From Adineta vaga (Eukaryota > Animalia > Rotifera): a stretch of 64,000 bases of DNA. The stretch lies in contig CP075493.1 in NCBI GenBank assembly GCA_021613535.1, forward strand, positions 868,001 to 932,000, read 5' to 3'. Numbering within the stretch: position 1 is the first letter of the stretch; every line of letters starts with the position of its first letter. Of the stretch, positions 24,884-37,920 are shown in pieces. Below the pieces are notes generated by a model. The model did no database searches. It saw nothing but the letters and a program-made list of their open reading frames with translations, and had not been told where the DNA came from. Both the position numbers and the translations under genes were made by a program.

Positions 24884-25500
24884 CGAGGGAACCTCCCGAA
24901 GTGATTAACGAGTTTAAAGCTCATCTTTTGGCCATAAGTAGACCTCGATGGTGTATGAAAAACCTCCAGAGGATTTGGGCCCTTAGGTCTTTTCTGCAGA
25001 GTTATACTCATTTTAGTAGAATTTTAGCCTGTAGGTCGATATGTATCAACAAATCGAATCACATTATTTAGAGCTGAAATTTCGCCCACAGATAGCTATA
25101 CTTGTGGCTAGAATACACTAAAAATTTCGACTAAAAAACTCGTTCTCTTCACAAAATATTTAACTCTGAAAATTACCTCGTATGCCATGAAGGGCGCCCA
25201 AATCTCGTGTATTTCTGATAATTTAATATCTCGCAAAAGGAACAATTTTTTAGTCGAAATTTTTAGTGTATTCTAGCCACAAGTATAGCTATCTGTGGGC
25301 GAAATTTCAGCTCTAAATAATGTGATTCGATTTGTTGATACATATCGACCTACAGGCTAAAATTCTACTAAAATGAGTATAACTCTGCAGAAAAGACCTA
25401 AGGGCCCAAATCCTCTGGAGGTTTTCCATACACCATCGAGGTCTACTTATGGCCAAAAGATGAGTTTTAAACTCGTTAATCACTTCGGGGGGTTCCCTCG
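24884..25500. mobile_element. Non-autonomous foldback/MITE-like element with 255-bp inverted arms
   Basis: Arms 24884-25138 and 25246-25500 are reverse complements with 3 mismatches by my reading. Termini CGAGGG...CCCTCG. TGA directly flanks both ends (24881-83, 25501-03). Confidence 0.88.
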
Positions 25501-27468
25501 TGAGAAAAAACCTCATAGGCATTCGTTTCTCCCTTGAATCAGTTTGTTCTTTCCTGCATAGTAAATGTATGCATTTGATTCATATCACATGAATAATCAA
25601 TAGAAATTTCTAACGAAAAAAATCAGATATAGATTTATCCGGCTTAATCGGATCATATACAAATGGTGAGATATTCGTGTCTTTTTTCAGATTCATATTA
25701 ACGACGGGTAAGAGTTGAAATGTAATTGGTATAACAGCCACTTCTCTTACCAAAAGTATTCCTTTTTTCTTATAGTAAATTGCGTTCTCTCTTTTTGAAT
25801 AGTAAAATCATTGGATATTTCTGTGTATCTACAGTTAAATTTAATTTTTGAGAAAAGAAAATCGAGTGGATTTGGATTTGATATGTGCAAATCACTCATC
25901 GGTTGTTGAATGAAAGAACCGTTGTCATGATGATACAACATCGATCAACAATTATTTTAAATCTAATACAAAATAGATGAATATCCTGAACACTTACTTT
26001 TGCAATCGATGTTGTGTATACACGAATCTCAGCATGATCATTTATAAGATGTGTTTTGTCCATATACTCTGAAATCTAAATAGTATCCATCAAACCATAC
26101 AGATTTCAATAAGTAAATGACAACATTCGATTATAGAAATGACTCAATATCTGTCGAGTAATAATACGACAATGGTAGTAATCGGATGGAAAGAAATAAA
26201 ACCATCTATTATTACTATAAGCTATTATCTTATAAACAGACACATGTTGTTTTGATTGATCATAATGATGTGATATGTAGTCGACAGATCACTAACCATT
26301 GGGAGCAAGTAGAATTACTATTTTTATTAACAAAAACAGTTAGAGGATTGTTACATGTTCGTCGTTTCATGTAGACATCAAGAGTAATACTCAATGTAGA
26401 AATAACATTTACGTGAGTGTTTATACAGATCGACCTTCTATTAAGATTGGATAGAAACTGTTTTTATGATCGATAACAAAACACTAGCGACATTGGCAGT
26501 AAATACGACTCGGATGATGATTACAACAGCAATGTAATGTGGTAGCGCTTATAGATGAACATTAATAAGATCGCTGCTATTGTTGCTTCTTCTATTCTAT
26601 TTTGAATTATGATGTCTAACAATTGTTTGATTGCTATAATGAAATAAATTTCCTTTAAAATAACTTTCAAGAGCAAAGATGTAGGTAAGGGAGAGATGTC
26701 TACATTTTTACACCCTATACGTATTAATTCCAAAGCGTTAGAATCTATCACAATAATTTTCTATCTTGTGAACAAAAATGTTTGTCTTCCACGTCAATTA
26801 CAACTAATTTCACCAGCGAACACATTTCCAGCTCGTTTTTCCTATCTTATTTGTTAATCTTCTCCTTCCAAGATTCTCTTTTTCCCATGTCAGACAAGAA
26901 TAAGTACTCAAAACGATCGAAAAGTGCAAATTTTCTTTGTCAGACAAAACTATTTCTTTATTTCTAAATTAAACCTATTCCATTGTGTTTCAATGAAATG
27001 TTAGATTAACCTTTCTTTTGACAAAAGATAACTGAGTTGCTGTTCTTGTCCCACATTTCTCTCTAATTTAATTCTTTTCATAAGAGATTGAATTTTTAAG
27101 TGATGGTTTATCCGATAAACATTGACATCTTTGATAGCAGTATAAAATTAAAAAATGTTTTTCAATACGCAAAAAAAAGCAAGATCTTTTTCATTATTCT
27201 GATTACTATTTTCACATTTTTGTTTTCAGCACAGTAAAGAATGTGTTATTGTTGATCTTCTTAGTAAACATTTGTCTTTGGAATCATCTTTTTTTTGTGT
27301 GATTTAATCGGCTTTTTTCCTATGTTAATTTTATTTAATTATAAATGACAAGAGACAGGTCGTAAAAGAATAATGAACCTTTTTTTTCTCTACTATATTT
27401 TTATTTCTAGAAGATAATATACATCAAAACCATTACTTCCTTTATTGTATCATTCTGTCGAAATAGAA

Positions 27469-28434
27469 ATGGATGGTTTTGTTGCCATTCTAAACAATGT
27501 TATATGTTGGTTGAATTACATTACTGTTATTCCTATTATAGTTTTGGGAACGTTTGGAAATTTATTTAATTTGATTATATTCACTCGTCGCTCTTTGCGT
27601 ACAAATCCTTGTTCATGGTACTTTGTAGCTGATTCAATTGCCAATCTGTTGTGTGTCTATGTTGTTGTCGTGGTACGATATCTTGCAATTAGTTGGAATA
27701 TCGAACCAGCAGCCACAAGCGTTTTCTGGTGTAAACTACGTGCTTTTCTCATGTATGTTTCTCTTGGTTTGAGTTCATGGTTCATTGTACTTGCAAGTAT
27801 CGATCGATATTTATCAAGCTCATATGATATTCGACTTCGTAGGTTAAGTAATTTATCAATGGCACGAAAGATTACTTTATTCATTGTTCTATTTATGTGT
27901 CTAATTCATTTGCATGTATTTATCTTTTTTGACATCTATGACAGTAGTGGTTTGATTGGTTGTTTTATTACATCATATCCATATCTCATGTTCTTCAACT
28001 TTTTCCATAGTATTTTCACATGTCTTTTACCAATTATATTCATGCTTGTATTTGGTATTTTAACCATCAGAAATATTCGTCACGTTCGTAATCGTATCGG
28101 TCCACAAGCAAACACTGCACTCAATGAACGTTGGCGAACAAATGATCGTCAACTAATTGTGATGCTTTTGTTTCAATCATTGATCGCTATTATCAACAGT
28201 ATTCCTTTTGCTTGTAGTATTTTATACAATACAATTTATCTCTATGCGCTTAATCGTACTTATTCATCAACACATTTTATTATTTATAATTTTATTTATA
28301 ATTTTTCTCGAATACTGTACTATACGTGCCCTATGGTTGGTTTTTTTGTTTATTCTCTTTCTAGTCAAAAGTTTCGTGCCGAAATGAAACGTTGTATTCG
28401 AGTTGTATTAAAATTTATTTTAACAAAAAACTGA
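27469..28434 (+). CDS. Orphan rhodopsin-like GPCR (second subfamily)
   Basis: 7TM ORF with GN in TM1, NPCS, WCK, ASIDRY, NDRQL and FFVYSLSSQKFR. ATG at 27469. The C-tail may be clipped at the A-run near 28425. Confidence 0.85.
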   Translation: MDGFVAILNNVICWLNYITVIPIIVLGTFGNLFNLIIFTRRSLRTNPCSWYFVADSIANLLCVYVVVVVRYLAISWNIEPAATSVFWCKLRAFLMYVSLGLSSWFIVLASIDRYLSSSYDIRLRRLSNLSMARKITLFIVLFMCLIHLHVFIFFDIYDSSGLIGCFITSYPYLMFFNFFHSIFTCLLPIIFMLVFGILTIRNIRHVRNRIGPQANTALNERWRTNDRQLIVMLLFQSLIAIINSIPFACSILYNTIYLYALNRTYSSTHFIIYNFIYNFSRILYYTCPMVGFFVYSLSSQKFRAEMKRCIRVVLKFILTKN

Positions 28435-29515
28435 TTTAGTATGATTTGTGCCAATGCAATTTCAACAAATACTATCAAGTGACAATCAAATAAGTAACAG
28501 CAATTTATCAAGGTTATCAATATATAGACAAGAAAATACTATTCATACAATTCAAGAACGCAAAACAAATGAATGTGAAAACCACTATTTAGAAACTTTT
28601 TTTCCGATATTTATTGGTCTTAGTTTCTTATGTATGTTGTTTAATCAATCAACGTCCATTGTACACACCCACAAAATCAACAAAATGGATACTATCTCTT
28701 CAAATATTTCTGAACTGAAACAGAAAAGACGTGATATTTGATCTTTGAAATCATCGGTGATGACACTACATTTATTTATTTATATGTTGTAATTCATTGT
28801 TTTTTATTTCAATTGAACCCCTCTATTTATCATATATCTATATAATACGGCAAACTATGAAAAACTGTGTCTGTTTTATTCGTTATGTATCTCAAGGGTA
28901 CATACTTTCAATCTTAACTGCATTCATCTCCTAATTCATCCGGACCTCTAACATTGAACAAAAAGATCAGGATGAATTCATCTTTTCTTTATCTAAGCTC
29001 ACGCTCAGCTTTACCCATACCCTCACTTATGCTAATTATTTATTATAATCAATAAGAATCTTACAGCGAGGGTGCAAAAATCAGAGTATGCCTATGAAGG
29101 TTTAAATCTATGATCAGACAATGTGAATACAAAAATGCATTGTTATATTAAACACTTAAATCTACATTCCTGATTCACATCCAGGCCTCTAAATACGAAT
29201 ATTCTGTTACTTAGATAGAAAATACTCATATATATAGTATTTCAAATTTGAAAATATAAGTCTATGTATTTTTCGCTATCATGTTGAGATATAATCCAGT
29301 TCTATGACATTCTTCCAACTAAAATATTTGTTCTTTTCATCTAATCATGTCGGCAAAAATATTTGTTTGCCAAATATAAATGAAATCCTATATAGAACAA
29401 AATAAGATATAGATATTGACAAAATGTTTGTTATAGAAAGAAAAATATTTTTAAAGACTGATTTCGAAGTTTGTATATAATCTGTTGAATATCAGGAATT
29501 TTTCAATACATCAGC

Positions 29516-30478
29516 ATGATAAAGGTCGCTATACAGTTACGACTAATTCTTTCAATCATTGTTTTCTCGAAATATTTCTCATATCCAGTTACACAGTTTC
29601 GCAGTGAACACCAATTTATAAATTATGAAAATCAAATCAATGCAAATATCATAGATCCATATAATAAAGGTTATTACCTGATGGATAATACAATTCTCGA
29701 CAAATTGCTTACATTGAATGCAACAGTAGTTGCATCGAATCATGAAATAATTATTCAAGATATGTATTGTAGTATTCTTAATATACTTTATGAATTTGAA
29801 CAAGCTGAACAAGCACGAAAATCATTGTGGGCACAGATCAATTTAGAATATCAGTATTTCGTGGAGAAAATATCAAGTACAGAAAGTGATATAACATTCA
29901 CAGATAACTATCTCAATGATTTGGATTTTGCCATAATTGTACGTCTTTATGATATAGAAGGTATGGTGGGATGGCTCAATACTTTGGGTTTATCCAGTCA
30001 ACAATACAATACTTTTATGGAAATAAAAGAAGATTTCAAAGAATTACTTACTGTTGTTACTCGACAACGTGATCATATAAGTAAAACAAACCTTGATGTA
30101 AACGATCTGTCGGTTATATTACGTACTGATTATAACCGGACAAGAATAATTCATCATCAGTTAGGAATTATTGGAATTCGTCTATCAGATATTATCACAA
30201 AAGCCGCATCTTTGAAAGCAGCTATAACCGATTTCACGGGTGACTTCAAACCATTAGTAGATCGATTACATGATTTTTATAAAATAGAATCAAACAATTC
30301 TACAGCAGACATACTCAGTTTTGAATTAAACTATTCTATAAAGTGGACTCCAACCAGTTTATTGAAATTAAATGAAATTATTCGAACTTTACCGAAAATG
30401 ATTGTCCCATCAATCAATAGACTGAGCATTAGTTGTCCTGTCTATACGAGAGAATATCGTGACCATTTTTTTTATTAA
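29516..30478 (+). CDS. Hypothetical, probably secreted, helical protein
   Basis: 320-aa ORF with a hydrophobic N-terminus and amphipathic/coiled-coil-like segments. No family recognised. Confidence 0.55.
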   Translation: MIKVAIQLRLILSIIVFSKYFSYPVTQFRSEHQFINYENQINANIIDPYNKGYYLMDNTILDKLLTLNATVVASNHEIIIQDMYCSILNILYEFEQAEQARKSLWAQINLEYQYFVEKISSTESDITFTDNYLNDLDFAIIVRLYDIEGMVGWLNTLGLSSQQYNTFMEIKEDFKELLTVVTRQRDHISKTNLDVNDLSVILRTDYNRTRIIHHQLGIIGIRLSDIITKAASLKAAITDFTGDFKPLVDRLHDFYKIESNNSTADILSFELNYSIKWTPTSLLKLNEIIRTLPKMIVPSINRLSISCPVYTREYRDHFFY

Positions 30479-31206
30479 AAAAGATTTGATTTCAAACTAT
30501 TTTAGTTGTTTTCTTCTTTTACACTACAAGAAATTCTTCATAATTATATACGTTTCTCTTTTTCTTTTAGATATTCATAGTCGATTATGTAAGTGACCAA
30601 CAGAACCAATGAAATTCTCAATAAAATATGTGAATGGCCAATAAAATTAAAGAATCAACCGTAAATAGTATAGTCTAACGGAAAGATTAATTATTGAGGA
30701 ATTAGGTTTATTAACATACTGAACAGTCGCTAAATTAGTTTAAAGAATATGGATACAAGTGAAAGATATGGTTGATTCATCAAGTCTGACACTCGCATGC
30801 AATATACTCACCCAAAACGAATAACTCATAGCTAAAAGAAAAACTACGACAGGGTAGAAGTCTAAGATAATAAACTTTTATTAACTATTTCTTATTAAAT
30901 TGACATGAGAAATAATATAGATTAGTAATTGAGGTAGTCTTGTATCTTATGCTGTATCGTGCACCTTCCCTTATCTTTATCATACAAGTATATATTAAAA
31001 AAAAAACATTTCAAATACTGACGTTGAAAATTTTGCCCTATATTATTTCCGAAAAGCTGGCCATTTATATATTTTTGTTGACTATTTAATTACTATTGTT
31101 ACACAAAAAATCGTATTCCCATATTTATATATGCTAAGTTTAGTATATTGAATACAACAAAATACAAATCAATACTACGTATTTGAAGTACTGATTTGTT
31201 TCAAAA

Positions 31207-33410
31207 ATGTTGATGTTAATCATTACAATACTGTGCTTCGGTTCGGCACTAAATTTTCAATCGACAGAAAATATTTTTCCCGTATCACTGGTGAACGATC
31301 CATTTTATGATCCGTATGTTGATAAAATTGTTCATCTGGACAGATCAGCCTTACTAGCAATACCAAGAATGGACGATGAAACATTTCTTCATAGTCTTTA
31401 TGTGCAATCACCAGTCCGAACATATCGTAAGTTTTGCACTGAATACATAGCGAAAACAGGCAGATGTCATTCTGAATCTATCGTATCTTATTTTTAACTT
31501 ATTAAAGTGCAGATATATTGCATAAGTAAACTTTTTAGGGCTATGTAAGATAATAAATTATAAAATACTATATGGAGTTGCTAAAGACCAAACTTATATA
31601 TAGAGAGCACTAACGCTGCAAACTTGTGAGCCAGTCTGTATAGATAGAAACAAATTGAAATCGATTACTCGATGTTGTTTACTTTGATATGGTTAGTTTG
31701 TTTTGTTTTAAAGTTTTTTTTTTCATGCTTTTAAAAAGGCATGATAGAATCTACATCGAACGATAAGTCGGATGATCAAATGATAGAACAAACACAAATT
31801 GACAAACAATGGGAAACTTTAGTTGTGTCTGGTCCTCTATCTATTAATTACCTTGGCGGTCTGTTAGTACTTTCCAGTCACAAAGATTTTGGTTTTGCTC
31901 GTCCAACACCTGAATTTATTTACCAATACATTCGTTATCCAAACTCTTTTCGAGCGACACTCACACAGCTCTCTGGCGAAATGTATGATGCATTTCTTAC
32001 TGCTCATACATCTATGGATCAAATACAAATGTTAACCCAACAAATTCCAAACAATATTCGCACAACATTGAAAGTAATTACTCAAGCCTCACCACGTTTG
32101 ATTCAATCTATTTTACCCGTATCGCTCACGAATATAGAACGAATAATAAACGACTGTGTTCGTTTAACTAATAATTCTGCAAATAGATTCGGCTTGGTGA
32201 TGAACTTATTGCAAGAAATCATTGAATTGACACAGAATCTTATTCATGGAACCATAATCTGACAATCGAAATTTCTTTGGCCATTAACGAATCATTTTCG
32301 CAACAAGCAAACAATGATCGAGAAAGAAATGAGACAAGAAAGAAATATGAAGAAGTACAGCAAGCTTTAAAAGAGGCACGTCAAGCATATGAAGATGCTG
32401 TAAACAATGTTCCAACACGTGCACCAGTCTCACAGATTACTATGGCTCCAACTCAACCACCAGTTCACATTCCAAACGGTCCTTCAACAGGTTCAGCTAT
32501 GGCATGTGGATTCACTTTTGGCATTTTTTGTCGTGGGTATGACCGTCAGCTTAACGCGTATAATAATGCAGTTAGACGTGAAAGAGAACGACAGGCGAAT
32601 ATTAAAGCAATAAAAGAAGCATTTGATTCTGCTAAGGAAGCTGAACGTCAACGAATTGCACGTGAAGAAAAAATAATTGCAGAGAAGCGACAAGATGCTG
32701 CAACGCGTTTGAACATGTTGGAAGCTAGTGAAAAAGCTTACGATGCATATTATAGAGAACTTCTAGAAAAAGAGAATACACTAGCTAGTAGTATAATGCG
32801 AATATCAAAGCTAAAATTGGACGAAATCTATTCAGAACAAACTATGAAAATATTGGTTAATGCAACAATAGAATTGAAAAATATTAAAGCACAATGGGAT
32901 GCTTTAACAAGATTTTTTCTTAGTTTATCAAATCAGGTCAGTTTAACACACGGTGTATTAGTTCATCAATTTGTTGAAGTAATTCGAAATGCAATACTGA
33001 CACCAGGCGAACCATTAGATAACGCTACCTTAGAATTTTTTACAGAATTATTAATTCAACCAGTGGACATAGTTGATCGTCATGCGCATTTGCTCTATGT
33101 CATGGCAAAAACGTATTATGATATATCTAGTACATATATGATGAAACAGATTGCTGGTATCACAGGTTTGTCTTCAGAAACTTCTTGATATTTTTATACA
33201 TCTGCTTCGGAGTACGTATTTATAGGCTTTCTCGCAGCACAAACAGGTGGCGAACGCGAAAATCTCCTTCAGCAAATCGGCGTCTCTGCTCTGGAAGTAT
33301 CAGCCAAAATTTCGCGATTAGCACAAGAACGAAGTGAAGAATATCATCAAAAGGTGATGGCACGCCGCCGTGAATTATCTGCCATAGCCTACGCTTCGTT
33401 CATTCGTTAA
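31207..33410 (+). CDS. Secreted long-helix protein, possibly ClyA/XaxAB-like alpha-pore-forming fold; one apparent frameshift at 32226-32260
   Basis: Signal-peptide exon at 31207 (donor GTAAGT near 31427). Core WETLVVSGPLSINYLG..IRYPNSFRATL..AHTSMDQI, coiled coils, central hydrophobic SAMACGFTFGIFC. Last intron ~33166-33226, stop at 33408-33410. The 5' exon junctions are uncertain. Confidence 0.6.
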
Positions 33411-33829
33411 GACAAAAATGATGAACTCATGAACATTATAGCAGAAAAATTTATCCTAATGCTACTGGTTTGCTTTTTAGTTAGTTGAATTCGAAAAGAA
33501 ATTTTTGCTCTTTTATAACATTTATCGTGTGTGGCTGAAATAAAATCTGTCCATATGTCATAAATGACAGAAACACTTATGAGAGTGAGGGTGTTTTAAT
33601 ACGGAAAACGATACTGTCACGAAGAAGTCGTTTATTCTTTTATCAAGAGAAATGTGAAAGTGATAGGGATGGATATGGTTACTCACACCCACAGTCAATA
33701 GTTGAACAAGAATATTTTTTTTTCTATTTTATTGTTTTATGCACTTGTGTTACTGGGATAAAACAAGACAAAGTATAAGGAAAAACGCATCGTATGTTTC
33801 GTTCGAATAATATATGAATAGATATGTAA

Positions 33830-34697
33830 TCATATTGTTTTAATTATGTTAATCCAATGTCCAAGATGATACAATCCAACTGCTGGATAGTATTTCGTCA
33901 TATTGCTACCAGGAGCGATATTGCTAAACGCTGTACCCATCATTCGTCCGTTTTTAAAAAACGTGATTGTGCGAGCTTCGAGATCTAATAAAATACCAGC
34001 TTCATCGTTGTTCTGATACAAGTTGTCAGGCGCGAATTGAAAGGACCCCCCATTTGTATATTTTGAACCATTCGAAGTGTATAGTCCGTAGTTGTTTGAA
34101 GAAGAACCTGGATATGTTTCTGCACTGATATCGAATTCATCGGTAACAACTCCAAGCACGAGACTACTGGCACCTAGATCAACCAATCTAAATGACCAGT
34201 AATGAATTCCAGAAGACCATCCAGCATTCATTAAACGACAAGAACGAAACCTATCTGCATTCGCAACTTGACGTAATTGTAAATTTTCATCAGAAATATA
34301 TAAGCCTGATCCACATACACTCGGATCAAAGCGCAACTCTGGACAATGAATACAATTATAACTGAAAAATAAGATCATTCAAACAGAAAGATAGAATTCT
34401 CACCGTTTTCAAGTATCACATTTTTTTTCCATTTCAATACTTCCGGTAGTAGTGCGCTATCATGGTCACTTGTCGTCTGTAGATCACGTTTTTTCACTGC
34501 AACATATGAGAAAACAATCAAGAAAGTTCTTTTAAATAATAATGGGGAAAAAAACATTTTATCTCGGTCATATTAGATAATATCTTACGCATACGATCTT
34601 CGACCGAAAGTTCGTTTACGGTAGTTGTGCCATCAATTGTTGTTAGTGCTATGCTGACAAACAAAAGAAAAAGAACAAAATAGCCGTATTGGTGCAT
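33830..34697 (-). CDS. Secreted SPRY/B30.2-domain protein A (3 exons)
   Basis: Exon 1 from ATG 34697 (MHQYGYFVLFLLFVSIALT, signal peptide), exon 2 34496-34404 (KKRDL..LPEVLKWKKNVILEN), exon 3 34338-33830. SPRY motifs GWSSGIHYW, LGVVT, GILLDLEARTITFFKNG and YYPAV. Confidence 0.82.
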
Positions 34698-36475
34698 CTG
34701 ATTGTTGTTCTTCTCGATATTCTTAAATTCCAAATAAAAGATGAAGTATTTCTCCGCCTGCCTCGCTGTAAAGTGGTGATAAAATAACAGACAATATTAG
34801 TAGATTATATTGACGTTCTCATTTTGGAGGAATAGAAAGAAAAGGTTTCTTATTACATATTTTCGTTTATAGGCGTGTAAAAACATTTTACCTGTCTCTT
34901 TGCTATTTTCATAGATCGGATGATATCGATTCATTTCCGCCTATTATATTAGCAGACGTTTGAAATAAAGCAATCAAATGAATAGATTTTTCTGGCAGTT
35001 TTTGAACAGCTGTATACGTTGACTATCCTTTGATGCGTAGACAAATAGCAGTGCCAACAAAATTTTCGCTACATAGTATAGTTGAGCCCTCTTAAAAGAA
35101 CTTACAAGAAAGCTCAGTTCTTTAAATCTTCGATTTATATGAGGAAATTAGAAGTGACTCAGAGAAATTCTTGGTGAGCTCAATCCCTTCTGTCTATTCT
35201 AGAAGTTTCTACCAAAGATAACATCGATATACATAATGAAGTATTATATTTATAAAGGCTTTCTGTTATTCCTTATTTCAATGTTTCCACATAGCATAAC
35301 AAAAGATCGTTTTTTATGTGTATAGAAATTATGCACAAGACGAAACTTCTCTAATTCCAATAACTATCATCTCATATTGAAGACTGTGCACATCTAGTTT
35401 TTATTCTTTTGATAATAACTGTTTTAGATTCTACAAAGTTAAACTAAAAAAAAACAAGTGAATGTGTACTGTCGTTTATTGAAAATGTAAAGTAACAGTT
35501 AATACATTTGTTTTATTTTCAACAAAAGGAAAATTATATTTACATTTAGAACATATGATAATTTAGTATAGTCTAATGACTTTAGTAAAATACAATCAAA
35601 TATAAATACGGTTACATTTAGCTGTTTTTTCTCTCTTATTAACTATGATAACAAACTCTGTTTAAAAATCTTCTCTGAAAATATTCATATAAATCTTACA
35701 AAATCCATCATAGAGTCTTATACATAACGTAATTGCTTTGAACATTCTTTAGATCAAATTCTCGAGGATATCTTATTTTCTAGGGAATTATGCAAAGAAG
35801 AATTGACTGGATAACTAGTTTTTAGTTACTTTGTTTATCATTATTATGATCATATATATATAATTCAAAATCAAATATGATCGTATATCATATATGTCTG
35901 AATTTACTTTCTTGAGTATACATACAGAAGCGATTATTCTACGAACAAATATGAATATCATGATAAATCTGAAACTTAATCCGTACACATTGAAAAAAAT
36001 ATTTGATGAACGAATAATCATGATATTTTCGTATCATTTAAGCACATAAAAAATTGCATGATTTAAATATTTATAAAGATCGAGGTTCTCGGACTGTGTC
36101 AGGCAATTTAATTTGAGTGATAGGATGTGGACATTATCGTTCTACGACAATCGCACCTTCACACTAAAATCTGTCATAGATATCTATTGTGTATATCAGC
36201 AGGGTTATATAGAGTGAACCAAGATCGAAAATGTAAACTAAATCGATATATCAAACGTTATAAATGGAAAATTTCTCAAAACTAAAGCATATGAGCATGT
36301 CGTTTTTCTATATTTTCTTATTTCTCTTCATTTATTTAACGATAAAATAAAAGGTCAGAATAGATTAATACAATCGTATAGTCTTATTCGTACTGTTAAT
36401 TTTATTTTGTTTACGATTGTGACACTACACAAGTGAACTTCTATACGGTTCATTAATAAAAGTTGTACAAGTCAG

Positions 36476-37334
36476 TTAGGATCGAGTGGTATCGATGAAA
36501 CTAACCCATTGCTGTGTTTCATAGAAGCTCACAGCTGGATAATACTTTGTAGAGCTTTTTTCTTGGAGTTCTCCAAAAATAGTTCCCATAATCAATCCAT
36601 TTTTAAAAATTGTCATTGTTCGAGCTCCTAAATCGAGTAAAAGACCCATTGTATCACCATTGACAATGCTACTACTTGTTGCTAACATATGATAGTTTCC
36701 ACTATGATACCTGTTATTATCAGAGACAGAGAACCCGTATCCATGCTCTGTTTGCCCAACATATGTTGCTGCCGACATATTGTTCTGTTCAGTGACAATA
36801 CCGATAAACATATTACCCCCAGCACCACGTTCGAAAATTTTCATTGTCCAATAATGAATTCCATTGTTCCATCCAACATTGGTTACACGACATGAACGAA
36901 ATACTGAATACGTGGAACTTTGACGAAGATGCTTGTTTTTATTGAATATATGTAAACCAGGACCACACGCTAATGGATCAAATTGAAGATCTAGCAGTTT
37001 ATCAAATATATTTTTTCTTGTATGATATTCAATAAACTTACTGTTTTCTAATATCACATTCTTTTTCCATTTCAGTACCTCAGGCAATATAATATTGTCA
37101 TTACTTTCACTACTGGATTGTTCATTATAAGATCTACGAAGTCGTGACGTATCGACTTGTAATTTAGCTTGAGAAATCCCTAATAAGTGAAGAAGAAAAG
37201 AGCTTTCGACATACATTTAATTTGATTATTTATTTACCAATTGTTTTATTATGAATGGTACTACTGTCGATTTGCAGTGAGAAACTATTGCTGACCTGAC
37301 AAATTGTTAGCAAACATACCAAATATGAATACAT
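36476..37334 (-). CDS. Secreted SPRY/B30.2-domain protein B (3 exons), paralog of A
   Basis: Exons 37334-37238, 37179-37042 and 36990-36476. Same intron phases as paralog A, shared LPEVLKWKKNVILEN, RLRR site, and SPRY motifs GIHYW, IGIV, GLLLDL and YYPAV. Confidence 0.82.
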
Positions 37335-37565
37335 TATCAGTTTCTCTGTGTGTTTCTCTCCTATTCTATATATAAGAACTATTCTCTTTTCTTTTGAATG
37401 AATTTTCTTTTTCATACCTTGAAAATGTTTGTAAATATTTAAAGATATCGACTGTTATTTCTTACAAATATTGATTCAAATCGAAAACAAAGAATTCAGT
37501 TATACACAGCATCCGCATATGATGATTTGTATACGAATGTGGATGTGAGCTAAGAGAATAGCCTC

Positions 37566-37868
37566 ATGTGCATCGACACTCTCACCCATTCTCAAGATTA
37601 TTCAGCAGCACTTTTATACCTTCAGAAGGCATTCGAAATTCAAAAGAAAAATCTTTCATCCGATCAGTCGTCACTATTGAGTACTTTGTATCATCTGTCA
37701 TTGGTGTTACAGAAGCTCTCTCGTTATGTAGAAGCTATTGAACATGCTAAGCAAGCTATTAGTATTGGTCGTCACATTCCTGAACTTGATGAATTCGAAT
37801 TGGATGAGATTCAAGATCATCTCGCTAATCTTCGGGATAGTCTTGAGGATGAGAGTATGCGAGAATAA
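37566..37868 (+). pseudogene. 5'-truncated TPR (kinesin-light-chain-like repeat) gene fragment
   Basis: DYSAALLYLQKAFEIQKKNL and LYHLSLVLQKLSRYVEAIEHAKQAI are TPR helices. There is no room for an upstream gene body before the SPRY gene at 37334. Confidence 0.55.
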
Positions 37869-37920
37869 TGAACGAAATACTCGCACTTATATCCTCACCG
37901 TTGTGATACTTATTTTCACT

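Noticed and set aside
24745-25522. Two ORFs with the same peptide on opposite strands
   Set aside because: A by-product of the inverted arms of the foldback element; no transposase motifs.
25700-26760. Possible exon remnants on the minus strand (FKIIVDRCC..., LKSVWFDGYYLDFRVYG)
   Set aside because: I could not build a consistent gene model or name a family.
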